From an uncultured Puniceicoccaceae bacterium (lineage in GTDB: Bacteria; Verrucomicrobiota; Verrucomicrobiia; Opitutales; Oceanipulchritudinaceae), in contig CAWVVV010000001.1 in the NCBI GenBank assembly GCA_963933835.1, forward strand, positions 384,001 through 448,000: DNA of 64,000 nt, read 5' to 3'. A program made the position numbers and the translations under genes. A model generated the notes under the pieces. The model was not told where the DNA came from. It ran no database searches and saw only the letters and a list, made by a program, of their open reading frames with translations. Shown in pieces: positions 29,905-40,719 of this stretch (positions are counted from its first letter, which is position 1; each line of letters starts with the position of its first letter).

Positions 29905-30948
29905 TCAGTCCAGCGTCCAGTTCGGATCGAAACCGAGCTGGTAATCTTCGCAGGTCTTCACCCCCGCAGGGTCCATCCAAGCGGCAAAAGCAATCATCGC
30001 AGCATTGTCCCCGGTGTGGTGCCGCTCGGCTAAATAGACAGGCATTTCGTGGGTTTCACCGAGCGCACTGATACCTTCGCGTAAGCGAGCGTTGTTGGCT
30101 ACCCCTCCGGAGAGGCCGAGGCTACGCCAGCGTCCAGGATTCCGCCGGATGATCTGCCGAGTCTTTCCAATCAGAGCACCCACGACCGCTTCTTCATAGC
30201 TAGCGCAGAGGTCAGGCATGGTTGCTTCCAGATCGGCGGGAGCAATTTTCTCGATCGTGTAGCGCAGCGCTGTTTTCAGACCTGAGAAGGAAAATTTGCG
30301 CTCGCCCGAATTCATAAATGCACGGGGAAAATCAAACCGATCGCGCGCGCCACCCGCGCCGAGCTTTTCGATCAGCGGGCCACCAGGATATGGCATGCCA
30401 AGAAGCTTTGCACCTTTATCGAGGGCCTCGCCGGCAGCGTCATCAACCGTTTCAGCGATGACCCTGAGCGAGCGGTCAGCATCGATTTCAAAGAGGATCG
30501 TATTCCCCCCCGAGACAATCAAGCCGAGGTGTGGGAGGGATCCTTCGAAATTTTGTTCAAACGCCTCCGGTGCCTCGCCATGCATCGAAATAAACGGCGA
30601 CCAGACATGCCCCCGAAGATGATTTACGCCAACGAGCGGGCGATCCCACGCAACGGCCAGCGCCTTTGCCAGAGCCATCCCGAGCGCTAGGCAGCCCGCC
30701 AACCCCGGCCCGGCAGTGACGGCTAAGCGATCAGGAACGTCATCACCGACTTGATCCAATACCGTGCTCAGCAAGCCTGGGAAGTGCGCCAGATGCTCGC
30801 GACTTGCGACATCCGGCACGATGCCTCCGAAGGGCTGGTGTTTGTCGATCTGCGAGTGGACCCATTCACCCCTCAGCCCCACTTTCGGGTCGAAGAGTGC
30901 TAAAGCAGATTCATCGCAGGAACTTTCGATCGCCAGCCACACGCTCAC
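29905..30948 (-). CDS. tsaD: tRNA N6-adenosine threonylcarbamoyltransferase
   Basis: [56 protein letters not shown]. Confidence 0.95.
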   Translation of the reverse strand: MSVWLAIESSCDESALALFDPKVGLRGEWVHSQIDKHQPFGGIVPDVASREHLAHFPGLLSTVLDQVGDDVPDRLAVTAGPGLAGCLALGMALAKALAVAWDRPLVGVNHLRGHVWSPFISMHGEAPEAFEQNFEGSLPHLGLIVSGGNTILFEIDADRSLRVIAETVDDAAGEALDKGAKLLGMPYPGGPLIEKLGAGGARDRFDFPRAFMNSGERKFSFSGLKTALRYTIEKIAPADLEATMPDLCASYEEAVVGALIGKTRQIIRRNPGRWRSLGLSGGVANNARLREGISALGETHEMPVYLAERHHTGDNAAMIAFAAWMDPAGVKTCEDYQLGFDPNWTLD

Positions 30949-31026
30949 AAGAGAGAGGGGAATTCAGCCTATGGAAATAAAAAAGACGCTTTCCCCACTC
31001 CGATCTATCGCCCTACTCTGTGTGTC

Positions 31027-31605
31027 ATGGCGAAGCTCTACTTCTACTACAGTGCAATGAACGCAGGGAAAACGACCGCACTTTTGCAGAGTGACTATAA
31101 TTACCGCGAGCGGGGCATGCACACTGTCCTCCTCACCCCCTCAATCGATGACCGCGAAACGATCGGTAAAATTCGCTCCCGGATCGGCTTAGAAGCGGAC
31201 GCCACACCCTACGACGCGCAGACCGACATGAAGGCCTTCGTCAAAACGACCCATGACTCCAAGCCCGTCGATTGCGTCCTCGTCGACGAGGCCCAGTTTC
31301 TGACCAAGCAGCAGGTCCTTGAGCTCACTGATCTCGCTGACTTTCACGATATCCCTGTCCTCTGCTACGGCCTGCGGACCGACTTTCGCGGCGAACTCTT
31401 CGAAGGGAGCAACTACCTGCTCGCATGGGCCGACGACATCAAAGAAATCAAGACGATGTGCCCTTCCGGTCGCAAAGCTACGATGGTTCTGCGCGTCGAC
31501 CAGGAGGGCAATGTCCTGCGCGAAGGCTCCCAAATCGAGATCGGCGGCAACGAACGTTATATCTCTGTCTCTCGCCGTTTCTTCAAAGAAGGACGCATAG
31601 AGTAA
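31027..31605 (+). CDS. tdk: Thymidine kinase
   Basis: [37 protein letters not shown]. Confidence 0.95.
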   Translation: MAKLYFYYSAMNAGKTTALLQSDYNYRERGMHTVLLTPSIDDRETIGKIRSRIGLEADATPYDAQTDMKAFVKTTHDSKPVDCVLVDEAQFLTKQQVLELTDLADFHDIPVLCYGLRTDFRGELFEGSNYLLAWADDIKEIKTMCPSGRKATMVLRVDQEGNVLREGSQIEIGGNERYISVSRRFFKEGRIE

Positions 31606-31614
31606 CTGTTTTGG

Positions 31615-31770
31615 AACCACAAAAGGCCCACAAAGCCTTCATGATTCCTAAGCCAACTTCTGCTCAGATCTGCATCGCGCGAGTATCCGTGATTTTCCGT
31701 GTGCATCCGTGGTTAATTTAATCCCGAGCACGCGCACCATACATTATTCATCATTCACAATTCATCCTTT
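31615..31770. repeat. Cargo-less copies of the GxxExxY-type (10-mer) and four-helix-type (7-mer) repeat arms
   Basis: ATCCGTGATT-TTCCGTGTGC-ATCCGTGGTT-AA at 31685-31716; ATTCATC-ATTCACA-ATTCATC at 31746-31766. Confidence 0.65.
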
Positions 31771-31802
31771 CCCTTACTCACTCCCCCACCTAGCTTCCCA
31801 CC

Positions 31803-33227
31803 ATGCTCGAAAACCTGACTGATCGGCTCGGAAAAGCCCTCCGCAATCTCCGTGGAGTTGGCAAGCTGACTGAAGAAAACATGGCCGAAAGCCTGCAGGA
31901 AGTGCGTAAAGCGCTCCTCGCCGCCGACGTCCATTTTCGGGTCGCACGTGACTTCATCGAACGGGTCAAAACCGCCGCCGAAGGCCAAGACGTGCTCAAG
32001 TCCGTCTCGCCCGGCCAGATGATCGTCAAGATCATCAACGACGAGCTCACGGACCTCCTCGGCGAAGGCACGACCGAGCTCGTTGATAAGAAGCACCTGC
32101 GCATCATGCTCCTCGGACTGCAGGGCGCGGGTAAGACCACTCTCGCCGGCAAGCTCGCCCTCCACCTCCGCAAAAAAGGCTTCACCAAGCCCGCCCTTAT
32201 TGCCTGCGACGTCTACCGCCCAGCCGCCATCGATCAGCTCGAAACGATCGCGAAGGCAAACGACTTTCTCTTTTACGGCGACCGCACGACCAAGGACGTC
32301 AACAAGATCGGCAAACAAGGCTGGGAATGGGCCAAGAGCCAAGACGCCGACGTCATCATTTTCGACACCGCTGGCCGCCTCCAGATCGACGAAGACATGG
32401 TCAAGGAGGTCGCCCGACTTAAGGACACCGTCCTCCCCGACGAAATCCTCCTCGTCGGCGACGCTGCCCTCGGACAAGAAGCGGTTAACGTCGCGAAAAG
32501 CTTTAATGAACAAGTCGGTATAACTGGCATCGCTCTGACTAAGCTCGACGGTGACACCCGAGGGGGTGCTGCCCTCAGCATGAAGGCGATCACGGGCGTC
32601 CCGATTAAGTTCCTCGGCACTGGCGAGAAAACCGAAGACCTCGAAGTCTTTCACCCCGACCGCCTAGCCCAGCGCATCCTTGGCATGGGCGACGTTGTCT
32701 CCCTCGTCGAAAAAGCGCAGGAAGTGGTGAACGAAGAAGACGCCGTGAAGATGGCGGAGAAGATGCAGCGCGCCGACTTCAACTTCGAAGACTTCCTCGG
32801 CCAAATGCAGGCGATTAAGAAAATGGGCTCCCTCGGCGGCATTATGAAAATGATGCCCGGCATGAGCGGCGTCGAAGTCGGTGACAAAGAAGAGAAGAAG
32901 CTCAAGCACACCGAAGCCCTCATCCTTTCAATGACGCCAAAAGAGCGTCACAACCCACAGATCCTCAACGGCTCGCGCCGCGCCCGCATCGCTCGCGGTG
33001 CTGGTCTCGGGATCAAAGACCTCAACGCCCTGATCAAGCAGTTTCAGCAAATGAAAAAAATGATGAAGATGATGAAAGGCGGCAAAGGCCGAAAGATGAT
33101 GAAAGCGATGGGCAAAAAAGGTGGCGGTGGCTTCCCAGGAGCCGGCGGTGGTGGTGAATTCCCCGACCTCGGTGCTCTCGGCGGAGGCGGCATGGGCGGC
33201 GGTGGACTGAATCTTCCTGAATTCTAA
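31803..33227 (+). CDS. ffh: Signal recognition particle protein
   Basis: [45 protein letters not shown], Met-rich M domain. Confidence 0.97.
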   Translation: MLENLTDRLGKALRNLRGVGKLTEENMAESLQEVRKALLAADVHFRVARDFIERVKTAAEGQDVLKSVSPGQMIVKIINDELTDLLGEGTTELVDKKHLRIMLLGLQGAGKTTLAGKLALHLRKKGFTKPALIACDVYRPAAIDQLETIAKANDFLFYGDRTTKDVNKIGKQGWEWAKSQDADVIIFDTAGRLQIDEDMVKEVARLKDTVLPDEILLVGDAALGQEAVNVAKSFNEQVGITGIALTKLDGDTRGGAALSMKAITGVPIKFLGTGEKTEDLEVFHPDRLAQRILGMGDVVSLVEKAQEVVNEEDAVKMAEKMQRADFNFEDFLGQMQAIKKMGSLGGIMKMMPGMSGVEVGDKEEKKLKHTEALILSMTPKERHNPQILNGSRRARIARGAGLGIKDLNALIKQFQQMKKMMKMMKGGKGRKMMKAMGKKGGGGFPGAGGGGEFPDLGALGGGGMGGGGLNLPEF

Positions 33228-33305
33228 ATAGGCCTGCTGAATCCACCAAGGGACACGCTTCATCTAGGCCTTGAAAAGCAACTCGGCTCCAAATTTACTG
33301 ATCTT

Positions 33306-33623
33306 ATGCATAACCGTTTCTTACTTTCCTTTCTAGCTATCGCTTGCTTCGCCTTCGTCGGTTGCGAGACGAACGACACTGCATCCACTTCCAGCGAATG
33401 GCATTCTTTCGAGGGTGAAGTTGTATGGGTGAAAACCAGTCGCGGATTCTGGGCGATCCAGACGAAGAAATCGGGGAAGATTAACCCGCTCAAGCTGCCT
33501 GAGGCCTTCAAGGTCAATGGCCTGAAAATTTGCGGCGAGGTCAGACTTTTCCCGAAGGCCGAAAGCGCGCGCAACTGGGGTACGGTGGGCGAAGTCAGAG
33601 CAGTAGAACGCTTGAGCGAATAG
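33306..33623 (+). CDS. Small hypothetical lipoprotein
   Basis: Signal peptide ending FVGC; GFWAI...PLKLPEAFKVNGL. Confidence 0.65.
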   Translation: MHNRFLLSFLAIACFAFVGCETNDTASTSSEWHSFEGEVVWVKTSRGFWAIQTKKSGKINPLKLPEAFKVNGLKICGEVRLFPKAESARNWGTVGEVRAVERLSE

Positions 33624-33663
33624 ATGCCCGTGGCCGTCGGTGACCGAGTTCAAATCGCCACGG

Positions 33664-34950
33664 TCAGACCAACATTCCTGCGACCGCCGCCGTCATGAAA
33701 CAGGCGATCGATCCACCTAAAACAGCCCGTAAAGCGAGCTGAGTCAGATTCGCACGTTGCCCTGGCGCGATAACGCTGATCCCTCCGATCTGAATTCCGA
33801 TCGAAGCAAAATTGGCGAAACCACAGAGTGCATACGAAACCAGAATGACGGCCCGCTGATCAGACAAGACTCCACTGTCCTGCATCTGGCCAAGGGTCCC
33901 GAAGGCAACAAACTCGTTGAGGACCAACTTCTGCCCAAGCAGCTGTCCCACTGACATGAGGCTACCATAGTCGACGCCAATCAGCCATGCCACGGGGGCA
34001 AAGAGGATTCCAAAAATGAAGTTTAGATCGAAGTTCACGTATGCACCGTCGGTCCATTGTTCAACCAAACCATTCAAGCGCAGCCAGCTTCCGATGTATT
34101 CACCCAGAACGTAGTTCGCGAAATAAATCATCGCGGTAAAGGTGATGAGTGCCGCAACGACATTGAAGGCCAAGTTCATCCCCTGGGTCGTTCCAACCAT
34201 GGCGGCATCGAAGGCGTTGACTCCCAGGCGATCTCGTTCGATTTCGAGGGACGTATCCACTTTTTCACTCTGCGGAATCAACATCTTAGCGGCTAGGATC
34301 GCGGCTGGCGCAGACAAGATCGAGGCGGTCAGCAGGTGCTTACCAAAGAGCACCCGCAGTTCCTCATCGTCGCCCCCTAAGAAGCCGACGTAACCAGCAA
34401 AGACACCCCCTGCGATCGTCGCCATGCCCCCCGTCATGAGGCAGAGCAATTCACTCCGCGTCATGCGCTCGACGTAAGGCTTCACGACCAGTGGCGCCTC
34501 AGTCTGTCCAACAAATACATTGGCCGCGGCTGCGAGACTTTCCGCGCCACTGAGCCGCATCGTCTTTTGCATGATCCATGCGAAGGTGAAGACGATTTTC
34601 TGTAGAATTCCAAAGTAATAGAGAACCGAGGTCAGGCCGGAGAAAAAGATAATCGTAGGCACCACTCGCACCGCGAAAATGAAGCCGAACTTCGAGCCGT
34701 CATAAAGATCTCCGAAGACAAATTTGCCCCCATCATCGGCAAAACTGAGCACATCAATGAAGAAGCGCGTAACGCCATCAAAGAAATCAGCAACAAAGCC
34801 CAACCTCAAAACCGCGAGGCCGATCAGCACCTGCATCGTGACCCCAGTGAGGACCAATCGCCAGTCGATCTTCTTCCGATCGGAGCTGAAAAGATAAAGG
34901 ATACCAATAAAAGCAAGCAGACCGATCAGGCCACGAAAGATATCAACCAT
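33664..34950 (-). CDS. NupC/CNT family nucleoside transporter
   Basis: ANVFVGQTEAP, GGMATIAG, KLVLNEFVAF, YALCGFANF; start MVDIFRG. Confidence 0.93.
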   Translation of the reverse strand: MVDIFRGLIGLLAFIGILYLFSSDRKKIDWRLVLTGVTMQVLIGLAVLRLGFVADFFDGVTRFFIDVLSFADDGGKFVFGDLYDGSKFGFIFAVRVVPTIIFFSGLTSVLYYFGILQKIVFTFAWIMQKTMRLSGAESLAAAANVFVGQTEAPLVVKPYVERMTRSELLCLMTGGMATIAGGVFAGYVGFLGGDDEELRVLFGKHLLTASILSAPAAILAAKMLIPQSEKVDTSLEIERDRLGVNAFDAAMVGTTQGMNLAFNVVAALITFTAMIYFANYVLGEYIGSWLRLNGLVEQWTDGAYVNFDLNFIFGILFAPVAWLIGVDYGSLMSVGQLLGQKLVLNEFVAFGTLGQMQDSGVLSDQRAVILVSYALCGFANFASIGIQIGGISVIAPGQRANLTQLALRAVLGGSIACFMTAAVAGMLV

Positions 34951-35008
34951 ACTCCGATCTAGGGCGACGAAGCAGCTACAGGCAAGCGCCAAGCCAACCT
35001 CAGAGAAG

Positions 35009-36058
35009 TCAATCGGCGAGGAGTTCGTCGACCCACACATCGATGACACCAACGGCAGGCGGCACGCCTGCCTCCACAATCGTCTCACGGAGCAAACCAC
35101 GATGCGTAGCCGGAAAGACAACGGGGGGCGGGAAGCCCTCAATGGCCAAGGACTCAAGCGTCACGACGCCATCGCCGAGATGCTCCTTGGTATGGTCCCA
35201 CCACGCTTCCAAGGCCTGATCCGAAGTGTCGCTGGGTGAGCGTTCAAGGAGCCATTCAATGCTCGAATCAAAGCGGTCATCTTTCATCACCACCCCACCA
35301 ATCTGTGCTACATCAACTCCACTCGGCCATGGGCGAGCGTTCAGGGTATCGAGAAATACACTGCCCGGGCGGAGATCGACCTTGGCCGTTCCAAGACCAT
35401 CGTGCAGCGCTGAGAAAAGGGAAAAATCGCGCGAGGCGTTGCTCTCGAACTGATCCATCAACTCCAACCAGATCCTCAGCCGCGCCCACTCTGAGCCATG
35501 GTTTGGCGTTCCCACTAGAAAGACGGCGACGACTGGAGCGCCCGAAACCACTGCCGATCCCTCAACCGGATGCCGATGGCGAGAAACAAAGTCCCGCGCT
35601 ACAAGACCACCCATACTGTGGCCAATGAGGATCACAGGCCCACTCTCCCCGAGTGCAGTCCACTGAGAAGCAAGGAGATCTGCACTGAGATCAATCGCTT
35701 GATCATTTGGGTAGCGTAGCTCCCAGAGGTCGACCGGCTTGCTAGCGAGCACGGGGATCAGCTCATCCCAGATCCCACCTGGCTCATCCAGTCCGTGAAT
35801 CAGGACGACCGAGAGCGCAGAGGCTCCTCTGCCTTCGTCGTCATGCGAGAAGAGTCCGTAGACCCCTTCAGGCGGCTGCATAGCCTCAGGAAACCAGTCC
35901 GTGAGTAAGCTACGCATTCCAAGTCTGAACACGCGTTCTTGCTCCGGCTCAGACTCCACCCACCAGATCCAAGCAACCGTTGCGACGACGACAGAAAAAA
36001 GAGCGACCAGAATAAACCGCTTGCGGCGAAAGTTTGTGATGCGAAAGCGCTGGCTCAT
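35009..36058 (-). CDS. Alpha/beta hydrolase (lipase/PGAP1-like)
   Basis: LIHGL, GHSMGG, GTPNHGS, GDGVV, N-terminal TM helix. Confidence 0.85.
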   Translation of the reverse strand: MSQRFRITNFRRKRFILVALFSVVVATVAWIWWVESEPEQERVFRLGMRSLLTDWFPEAMQPPEGVYGLFSHDDEGRGASALSVVLIHGLDEPGGIWDELIPVLASKPVDLWELRYPNDQAIDLSADLLASQWTALGESGPVILIGHSMGGLVARDFVSRHRHPVEGSAVVSGAPVVAVFLVGTPNHGSEWARLRIWLELMDQFESNASRDFSLFSALHDGLGTAKVDLRPGSVFLDTLNARPWPSGVDVAQIGGVVMKDDRFDSSIEWLLERSPSDTSDQALEAWWDHTKEHLGDGVVTLESLAIEGFPPPVVFPATHRGLLRETIVEAGVPPAVGVIDVWVDELLAD

Positions 36059-36099
36059 CGTTTCGATTCAGGCGTGAGCTGAGCGCTCCCGCCAGAAAT

Positions 36100-36131
36100 A
36101 AAAAAAAACGCTCAGACCGAAGTCTGAGCGT
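36100..36131 (-). terminator. Intrinsic terminator of the rpsP-trmD-rplS operon
   Basis: ACGCTCAGAC-UUCG loop-GTCTGAGCGT followed by a long U-tract. Confidence 0.85.
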
Positions 36132-36168
36132 CTATCAAAAATAAACGGATGACAAAAAAGCGTCCGGA

Positions 36169-36540
36169 CTAGTTGCGCTTGGCAGCATCGTAGAGGCGTT
36201 TTTCCTTAACCTTATTCGCTGCCTTACCGATTCTGTCGCGGAGGTAGTAGATACGTGCACGCATCGTGATCGATTCGCGATCGACTTCAACCTTCTCAAT
36301 ATTCGGGCTGTGAACTGGGAAGACACGCTCTACACCTTCGCCGAAGCTGATACGGCGAACGGAGAATGATTCGTGAATGCCTCCGCCTTTACGAGCGATG
36401 ACGATGCCAGCGAAAACCTGGATCCGTTCCTTACTGCCTTCACGCACACGGGTGTGGACCCGAACTCCGTCGCCTACCTTAAAGTGGGCGCGGTCTGATT
36501 TGATTTGTTCCTGCGTGAGTTCTTGAATGAGTGCGTTCAT
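36169..36540 (-). CDS. rplS: 50S ribosomal protein L19
   Basis: FKVGDGVRV, KERIQVFAG, VRRISFGEGVERVFP. Confidence 0.95.
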   Translation of the reverse strand: MNALIQELTQEQIKSDRAHFKVGDGVRVHTRVREGSKERIQVFAGIVIARKGGGIHESFSVRRISFGEGVERVFPVHSPNIEKVEVDRESITMRARIYYLRDRIGKAANKVKEKRLYDAAKRN

Positions 36541-37232
36541 GACAATGGGTCTTTTGAAAGTAAGTCTGGGCGCCGTTGGCGTGTTTTCTCCTCTTGGCGT
36601 TCGCGTCTCCATGCGGCGATGGCGGCGTGATTACCTGAAAGAAGCACCTCAGGCACATGCATCCCATTATATTCAACGGGACGCGTGTATTGAGGAAAGC
36701 CGAGCAAGCTGCTACTGAAGGAATCTTGGGTCAAGGACTTTTCCTCACCTAATACTCCAGGAATTTGTCGGGCGACGGTATCGATGAGAACAGCCGCTGG
36801 TAGAGTGCCATTTGTGAGGACGTAATCACCGATGCTAATTTCGCGATCGATCTTCGCCTCACGCACTCGTTCGTCGATGCCTTCGTAGTGTCCACTAACG
36901 AGAACGAGGTGCTTTTCTTGGGCCAACTCACGTGCCAAGGCAGTCGTCAGTCGTTCACCATCAGCGGAAAGGTAGATGACCTTCGCTTCTTCGCTTTTCA
37001 CCGCATCGATGGCAGAAAAAAGCGGTTCAGGCTTCAAAAGCATACCGGCTCCACCACCAAAGGGGCGGTCGTCGGTAATTTGCCACTTACCCTCTGCCCA
37101 GTCGCGGAGATTGTGTGCTTTCGCATCGATTAAGCCACGCTCAATCGCGCGACCAATCATGCTTTCGGTCAAAAACCCGCCAATCATGGCGGGAAAGAGG
37201 GTTAGAATATCGAAGCGAATCTGAGCCGTCAT
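36537..37232 (-). CDS. trmD: tRNA (guanine-N1)-methyltransferase
   Basis: DDRPFGGGAGM, GHYEGIDERV, SIGDYVLTNG, PQYTRP, VLLSGNH. Confidence 0.95.
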   Translation of the reverse strand: MTAQIRFDILTLFPAMIGGFLTESMIGRAIERGLIDAKAHNLRDWAEGKWQITDDRPFGGGAGMLLKPEPLFSAIDAVKSEEAKVIYLSADGERLTTALARELAQEKHLVLVSGHYEGIDERVREAKIDREISIGDYVLTNGTLPAAVLIDTVARQIPGVLGEEKSLTQDSFSSSLLGFPQYTRPVEYNGMHVPEVLLSGNHAAIAAWRRERQEEKTRQRRPDLLSKDPLS

Positions 37233-37291
37233 CGATATCTGCGATTCTTCGCTGAGCCAGATCGCCCGATGGGCGGGGGCTTCACGCGAAT

Positions 37292-37666
37292 TTAGGCCTC
37301 AGTCTCGGTAGCAGCCTCAGCGGGTGCCGCAGCAGCCTCAGCGGGCGCCACAGCAGCTTCAGCGGGTGCCGCAGCAGCCTCAGCGGGCGCCACAGCAGCT
37401 TCAGCGGGTGCCGCAGCTGCTGCTTTGCGAGCGCGCTTGATGATCGATCGGACTGTTTCCGACGGCTGCGCGCCAACACTTTGCCAGTAGTCAATGCGCT
37501 CAAGGTTGATCAGCTCACGCTTTTCAGCCACTTTGTTACGTGGATCGTAGATGCCTACTTTCTCAACAAAGCGACCATCGCGACGGAAGCTGGATTCAGC
37601 AATGACGACGCGATAATTTGGGGAGTGAGTTGCGCCTCCACGCTGCAAACGAATTTTAAGTGACAT
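37292..37666 (-). CDS. rpsP: 30S ribosomal protein S16 with Ala/Pro/Glu repeat tail
   Basis: MSLKIRLQRGG, RRDGRFVE, GAQPSETV. Confidence 0.95.
   Translation of the reverse strand: MSLKIRLQRGGATHSPNYRVVIAESSFRRDGRFVEKVGIYDPRNKVAEKRELINLERIDYWQSVGAQPSETVRSIIKRARKAAAAAPAEAAVAPAEAAAAPAEAAVAPAEAAAAPAEAATETEA
37311..37415. repeat. Five 21-bp tandem units in the rpsP tail
   Basis: GCAGCYTCAGCGGGYGCCRCA x5; 37332-37373 is identical to 37374-37415. Confidence 0.9.
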
Positions 37667-37767
37667 GTGTACTAGAAAATTTAGGGAAAAGCGGCGAAGA
37701 AAAGGTCGGTTTCTAACCCGAGTCAAGGGCATTTCGACACAAGCAGGACCTCAGACTCATAAAGCGT

Positions 37768-39012
37768 CTACTCTGCAGCAGGGTTTTCTTCCGTCTCCTC
37801 AAGGAATCCCTCTAGCCACTCGACATCGTCAGCAGGCTCACGGGCAGCCGCATCCACATACGTTTGGTGCAGACGCTTTGTCGCGTCTTCAAGCTGCTTT
37901 TGCGCTTCTTGAAGGGCTTCTGCATCCGCCGCACGCTGCAAGTTTTGGAACTGCTCATTGAAGTCCAGCCATGCTTCGCGCTGCTCAGGCAGCGTTTCGT
38001 CGCTCAGAAAGAAAAGTTTATCAGGTGAATCCAACATTGCCGAGCTTGCTTCCAAGGCCTCACTAAAGCGCTGAAGACCCTTCACCTCTGAAACCACGCT
38101 ACGCAGGTTGGCAACCTCTTCGGTCAATCCATTAAGCGCAGCTGATTGGCGGGCTTTAGCCGAGATTAACATCGTGCGTTGGCTCACCAACTTCTCGCTC
38201 ACTCCCTGTTCGGAAAGGAGCTTACCTGCGCGCTTAGGCACGGGAATGCGTAGCATATCGTTGCCTACCAAACGAATTGGGGCACGCCGCTGGCCCAGCG
38301 TCTGGCGCTGAAAATTCATCTCATTAAAAAAGGGGATGAGCGTCGCGAGGTCGATGTCGGGCAAGTTCATCTCTCCTTCGAGCTTGCGTGCGATGTCTGT
38401 AAGCGTCTCTGAAACGCCTACCTTGTATTCGACGAAGTCATAGTTTCGCTCATCGAGCGCCTCCCCAGAAATTTCTCCAACTGCTGCCAGGCCTTTCCAA
38501 GCATCCTCAAGCAGGCTAAGCGCTTCGCTGATTTCAACCTCAGCGGCGTCGAGCGCATTCAATTGCATATCAATCGAGGCCACTGTAACAGCCGTTATCG
38601 AAGCAATCGCCTCAGTCTCGATGATCAAATCGGCAACGACACTATCAATCACGACACGCCCTTGGCGCATCAACTCACCGCGCTCTTCGTAGGCAACCTG
38701 CATTGAGGCTACATCATATGCGAGACGTGCTGCGAGGGATTCCGCCAATATCTCACGAGTGCGAAAAAGCTCATCCTCCAACGCGGACTGGATCGCCTTG
38801 GCGCTCTCATCCACAACGGGGACTTCAATCACGTCCACCCGCACGCGCTCGTCCGATTCGACGACGGGAACTAAGCTTACATTCTGCTCTACGTCTGGTC
38901 CATCACCACCGAAAATGATCGGATCCGAACTCTCGCGAACAACAAAGTAACCCACCAGGGCCAAAAAAACGACTAGATAGGCTATTCGCCGGATCCATCC
39001 AAATGCACTCAT
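37768..39012 (-). CDS. Hypothetical membrane-anchored coiled-coil protein with a LysM-like segment
   Basis: N-terminal TM helix; YKVGVSETLTDIARK; helical acidic composition. Confidence 0.6.
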   Translation of the reverse strand: MSAFGWIRRIAYLVVFLALVGYFVVRESSDPIIFGGDGPDVEQNVSLVPVVESDERVRVDVIEVPVVDESAKAIQSALEDELFRTREILAESLAARLAYDVASMQVAYEERGELMRQGRVVIDSVVADLIIETEAIASITAVTVASIDMQLNALDAAEVEISEALSLLEDAWKGLAAVGEISGEALDERNYDFVEYKVGVSETLTDIARKLEGEMNLPDIDLATLIPFFNEMNFQRQTLGQRRAPIRLVGNDMLRIPVPKRAGKLLSEQGVSEKLVSQRTMLISAKARQSAALNGLTEEVANLRSVVSEVKGLQRFSEALEASSAMLDSPDKLFFLSDETLPEQREAWLDFNEQFQNLQRAADAEALQEAQKQLEDATKRLHQTYVDAAAREPADDVEWLEGFLEETEENPAAE

Positions 39013-39329
39013 GACATTATCTTATGTTAGAGAATTCAAGTATCTGTTCAATCTAGGAACATCGGCTCGAGAAGAGCGCGGAAGATTTAGAAGACTGTAA
39101 ACTTTCGTTTAGTTGAGGAACGACTTTGCGTCAAATGAGTATTCAAAGCGTGCTTTGCATCAGGCTTATCCATAACGCACTATCTATAACAAACGGGGCC
39201 ATCCCAACAACAAAATGCTAGATCATTATTTAGCTGTGCGGAGGGGAAAGTTGCCCAAAGGACACGAATCGATCTGAAAGCAGTCTCTCCGTCTTGCCTC
39301 TACAAGATCACATCCTTTCAGTGTAGAAC

Positions 39330-40697
39330 ATGTCATCGCTCAATCTCCGCAGTCCAAACGCCACTCTCGGCGGGGTCGCACACCTTGCTCGGCTCATCGA
39401 TAAAATCCGCGCCTTCAATCGTGGCGAGCTCCCTGCCGACTACCAACCGAAGCTCGGAGTCGCCTTCGACGGCTTTGTCTGTGATTTCCTCGGGCTCGAC
39501 TACTCAGCCTTCCGTGCCGCGATGACGGCATTAAACTTCGACGACGAAGAGGCGCTCGTATGGATCAAGTCGAATATCGCCTGGCCTAGCGATGAACGTA
39601 TCTTGTTTTTTAATACATTTCTGCGCGCAAGAGGATGGCGCGACAGTTTCCGAGAAACCCTTCCAAAACGACTCGAGGGCATGGGGCTCGACGACGACGG
39701 CTCGATCAAGACCTGCTGCGAGATGATCGATACAGATGAAGGGCGCCCAGTTCCGCAGCTTCCCATCGATGGTGAACCCGCTGATGGCTCTGGACCCGAA
39801 CGACCCTCCTCTGTCGTGCGACGTGCCGCGATCTTTCAAGAGCACGCCAGTCCTCTCGAGGCCCAGCCGACAGACGAAGTTCCGGTGCTGCCAAAGCTCA
39901 GCCCGATCAAATCGGTCGTTTTCGATATCTATGGCACGCTCATCATCTCCGGAACAGGAGACATCAGTCTTGCTGAAAATGAGGACCGGAGCGCACAACT
40001 CAAAGCCGCCCTCACCAGAGCAGGCATTACCGGTGTGGCGGAGGAAGTTCCCCTCGCTGATCGATTCCATGCTGCAATCAAAGCGGCTCAGGATGAACGC
40101 CGCGCGGACGGCATCGAATACCCCGAAGTTGAAATTCGCGAAGTTTGGACAACCTTCCTGACTGAACTCAGCGCCGAGGGACCCTCCTTTGAAGTGCCCT
40201 CCGGCGAAGCGCTAGAGCAGCTCGCGATCGACTACGAATGTAGGGTCAACCCAGTTTGGCCGATGCCAAATCTCGCTCCCTGCCTTGCTAGCCTCGCCTC
40301 GAGCGGACTCACCTTGGGGATCGTTTCGAATGCGCAATTTTACACCCGCCTGATGTTCCCCGCCTTTATGGGTGTTCCACTGGCTGACCTTGGCTTTGCA
40401 CTCGATTGCTGCGTTTACTCCTACAGCGAACGGGAAGGAAAGCCGTCGACTGCTCTGTACGAAAAACTCGCTACACGGCTGAAAGTCCGCGGCATAGAAC
40501 CGAGTGAAACGCTCTATGTCGGTAACGACCTTCGAAATGATGTTTGGCCCGCACAGCTTGCAGGATTCAAGACGGCGCTCTTTGCCGGCGACAAGCGCTC
40601 ACTTCGCTGGCGGAAAGAGGACTCGCACCTCGATGCGATCCGTCCGGACGCAATTATCACCGATCTTTGGCAACTTCCTAAACTTGTCTCAGAGTAG
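39330..40697 (+). CDS. DUF5069-like domain fused to a HAD-family hydrolase
   Basis: LRSP..LGGVAHLARLIDKIR...DTDEGR, then FDIYGTL, VSNAQFYT, GKPS, YVGNDLRND. Confidence 0.75.
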   Translation: MSSLNLRSPNATLGGVAHLARLIDKIRAFNRGELPADYQPKLGVAFDGFVCDFLGLDYSAFRAAMTALNFDDEEALVWIKSNIAWPSDERILFFNTFLRARGWRDSFRETLPKRLEGMGLDDDGSIKTCCEMIDTDEGRPVPQLPIDGEPADGSGPERPSSVVRRAAIFQEHASPLEAQPTDEVPVLPKLSPIKSVVFDIYGTLIISGTGDISLAENEDRSAQLKAALTRAGITGVAEEVPLADRFHAAIKAAQDERRADGIEYPEVEIREVWTTFLTELSAEGPSFEVPSGEALEQLAIDYECRVNPVWPMPNLAPCLASLASSGLTLGIVSNAQFYTRLMFPAFMGVPLADLGFALDCCVYSYSEREGKPSTALYEKLATRLKVRGIEPSETLYVGNDLRNDVWPAQLAGFKTALFAGDKRSLRWRKEDSHLDAIRPDAIITDLWQLPKLVSE

Positions 40698-40719
40698 ATA
40701 GCCTATTCTAAAGTTTACA

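Noticed and set aside
33050..33227. Low-complexity Gly/Met/Lys tail of ffh
   Set aside because: A normal feature of the Ffh M-domain C-terminus.
39013..39329. Riboswitch or sRNA in the long divergent spacer, also considered upstream of the TonB receptor
   Set aside because: No recognisable aptamer motif or convincing stem was found by eye.
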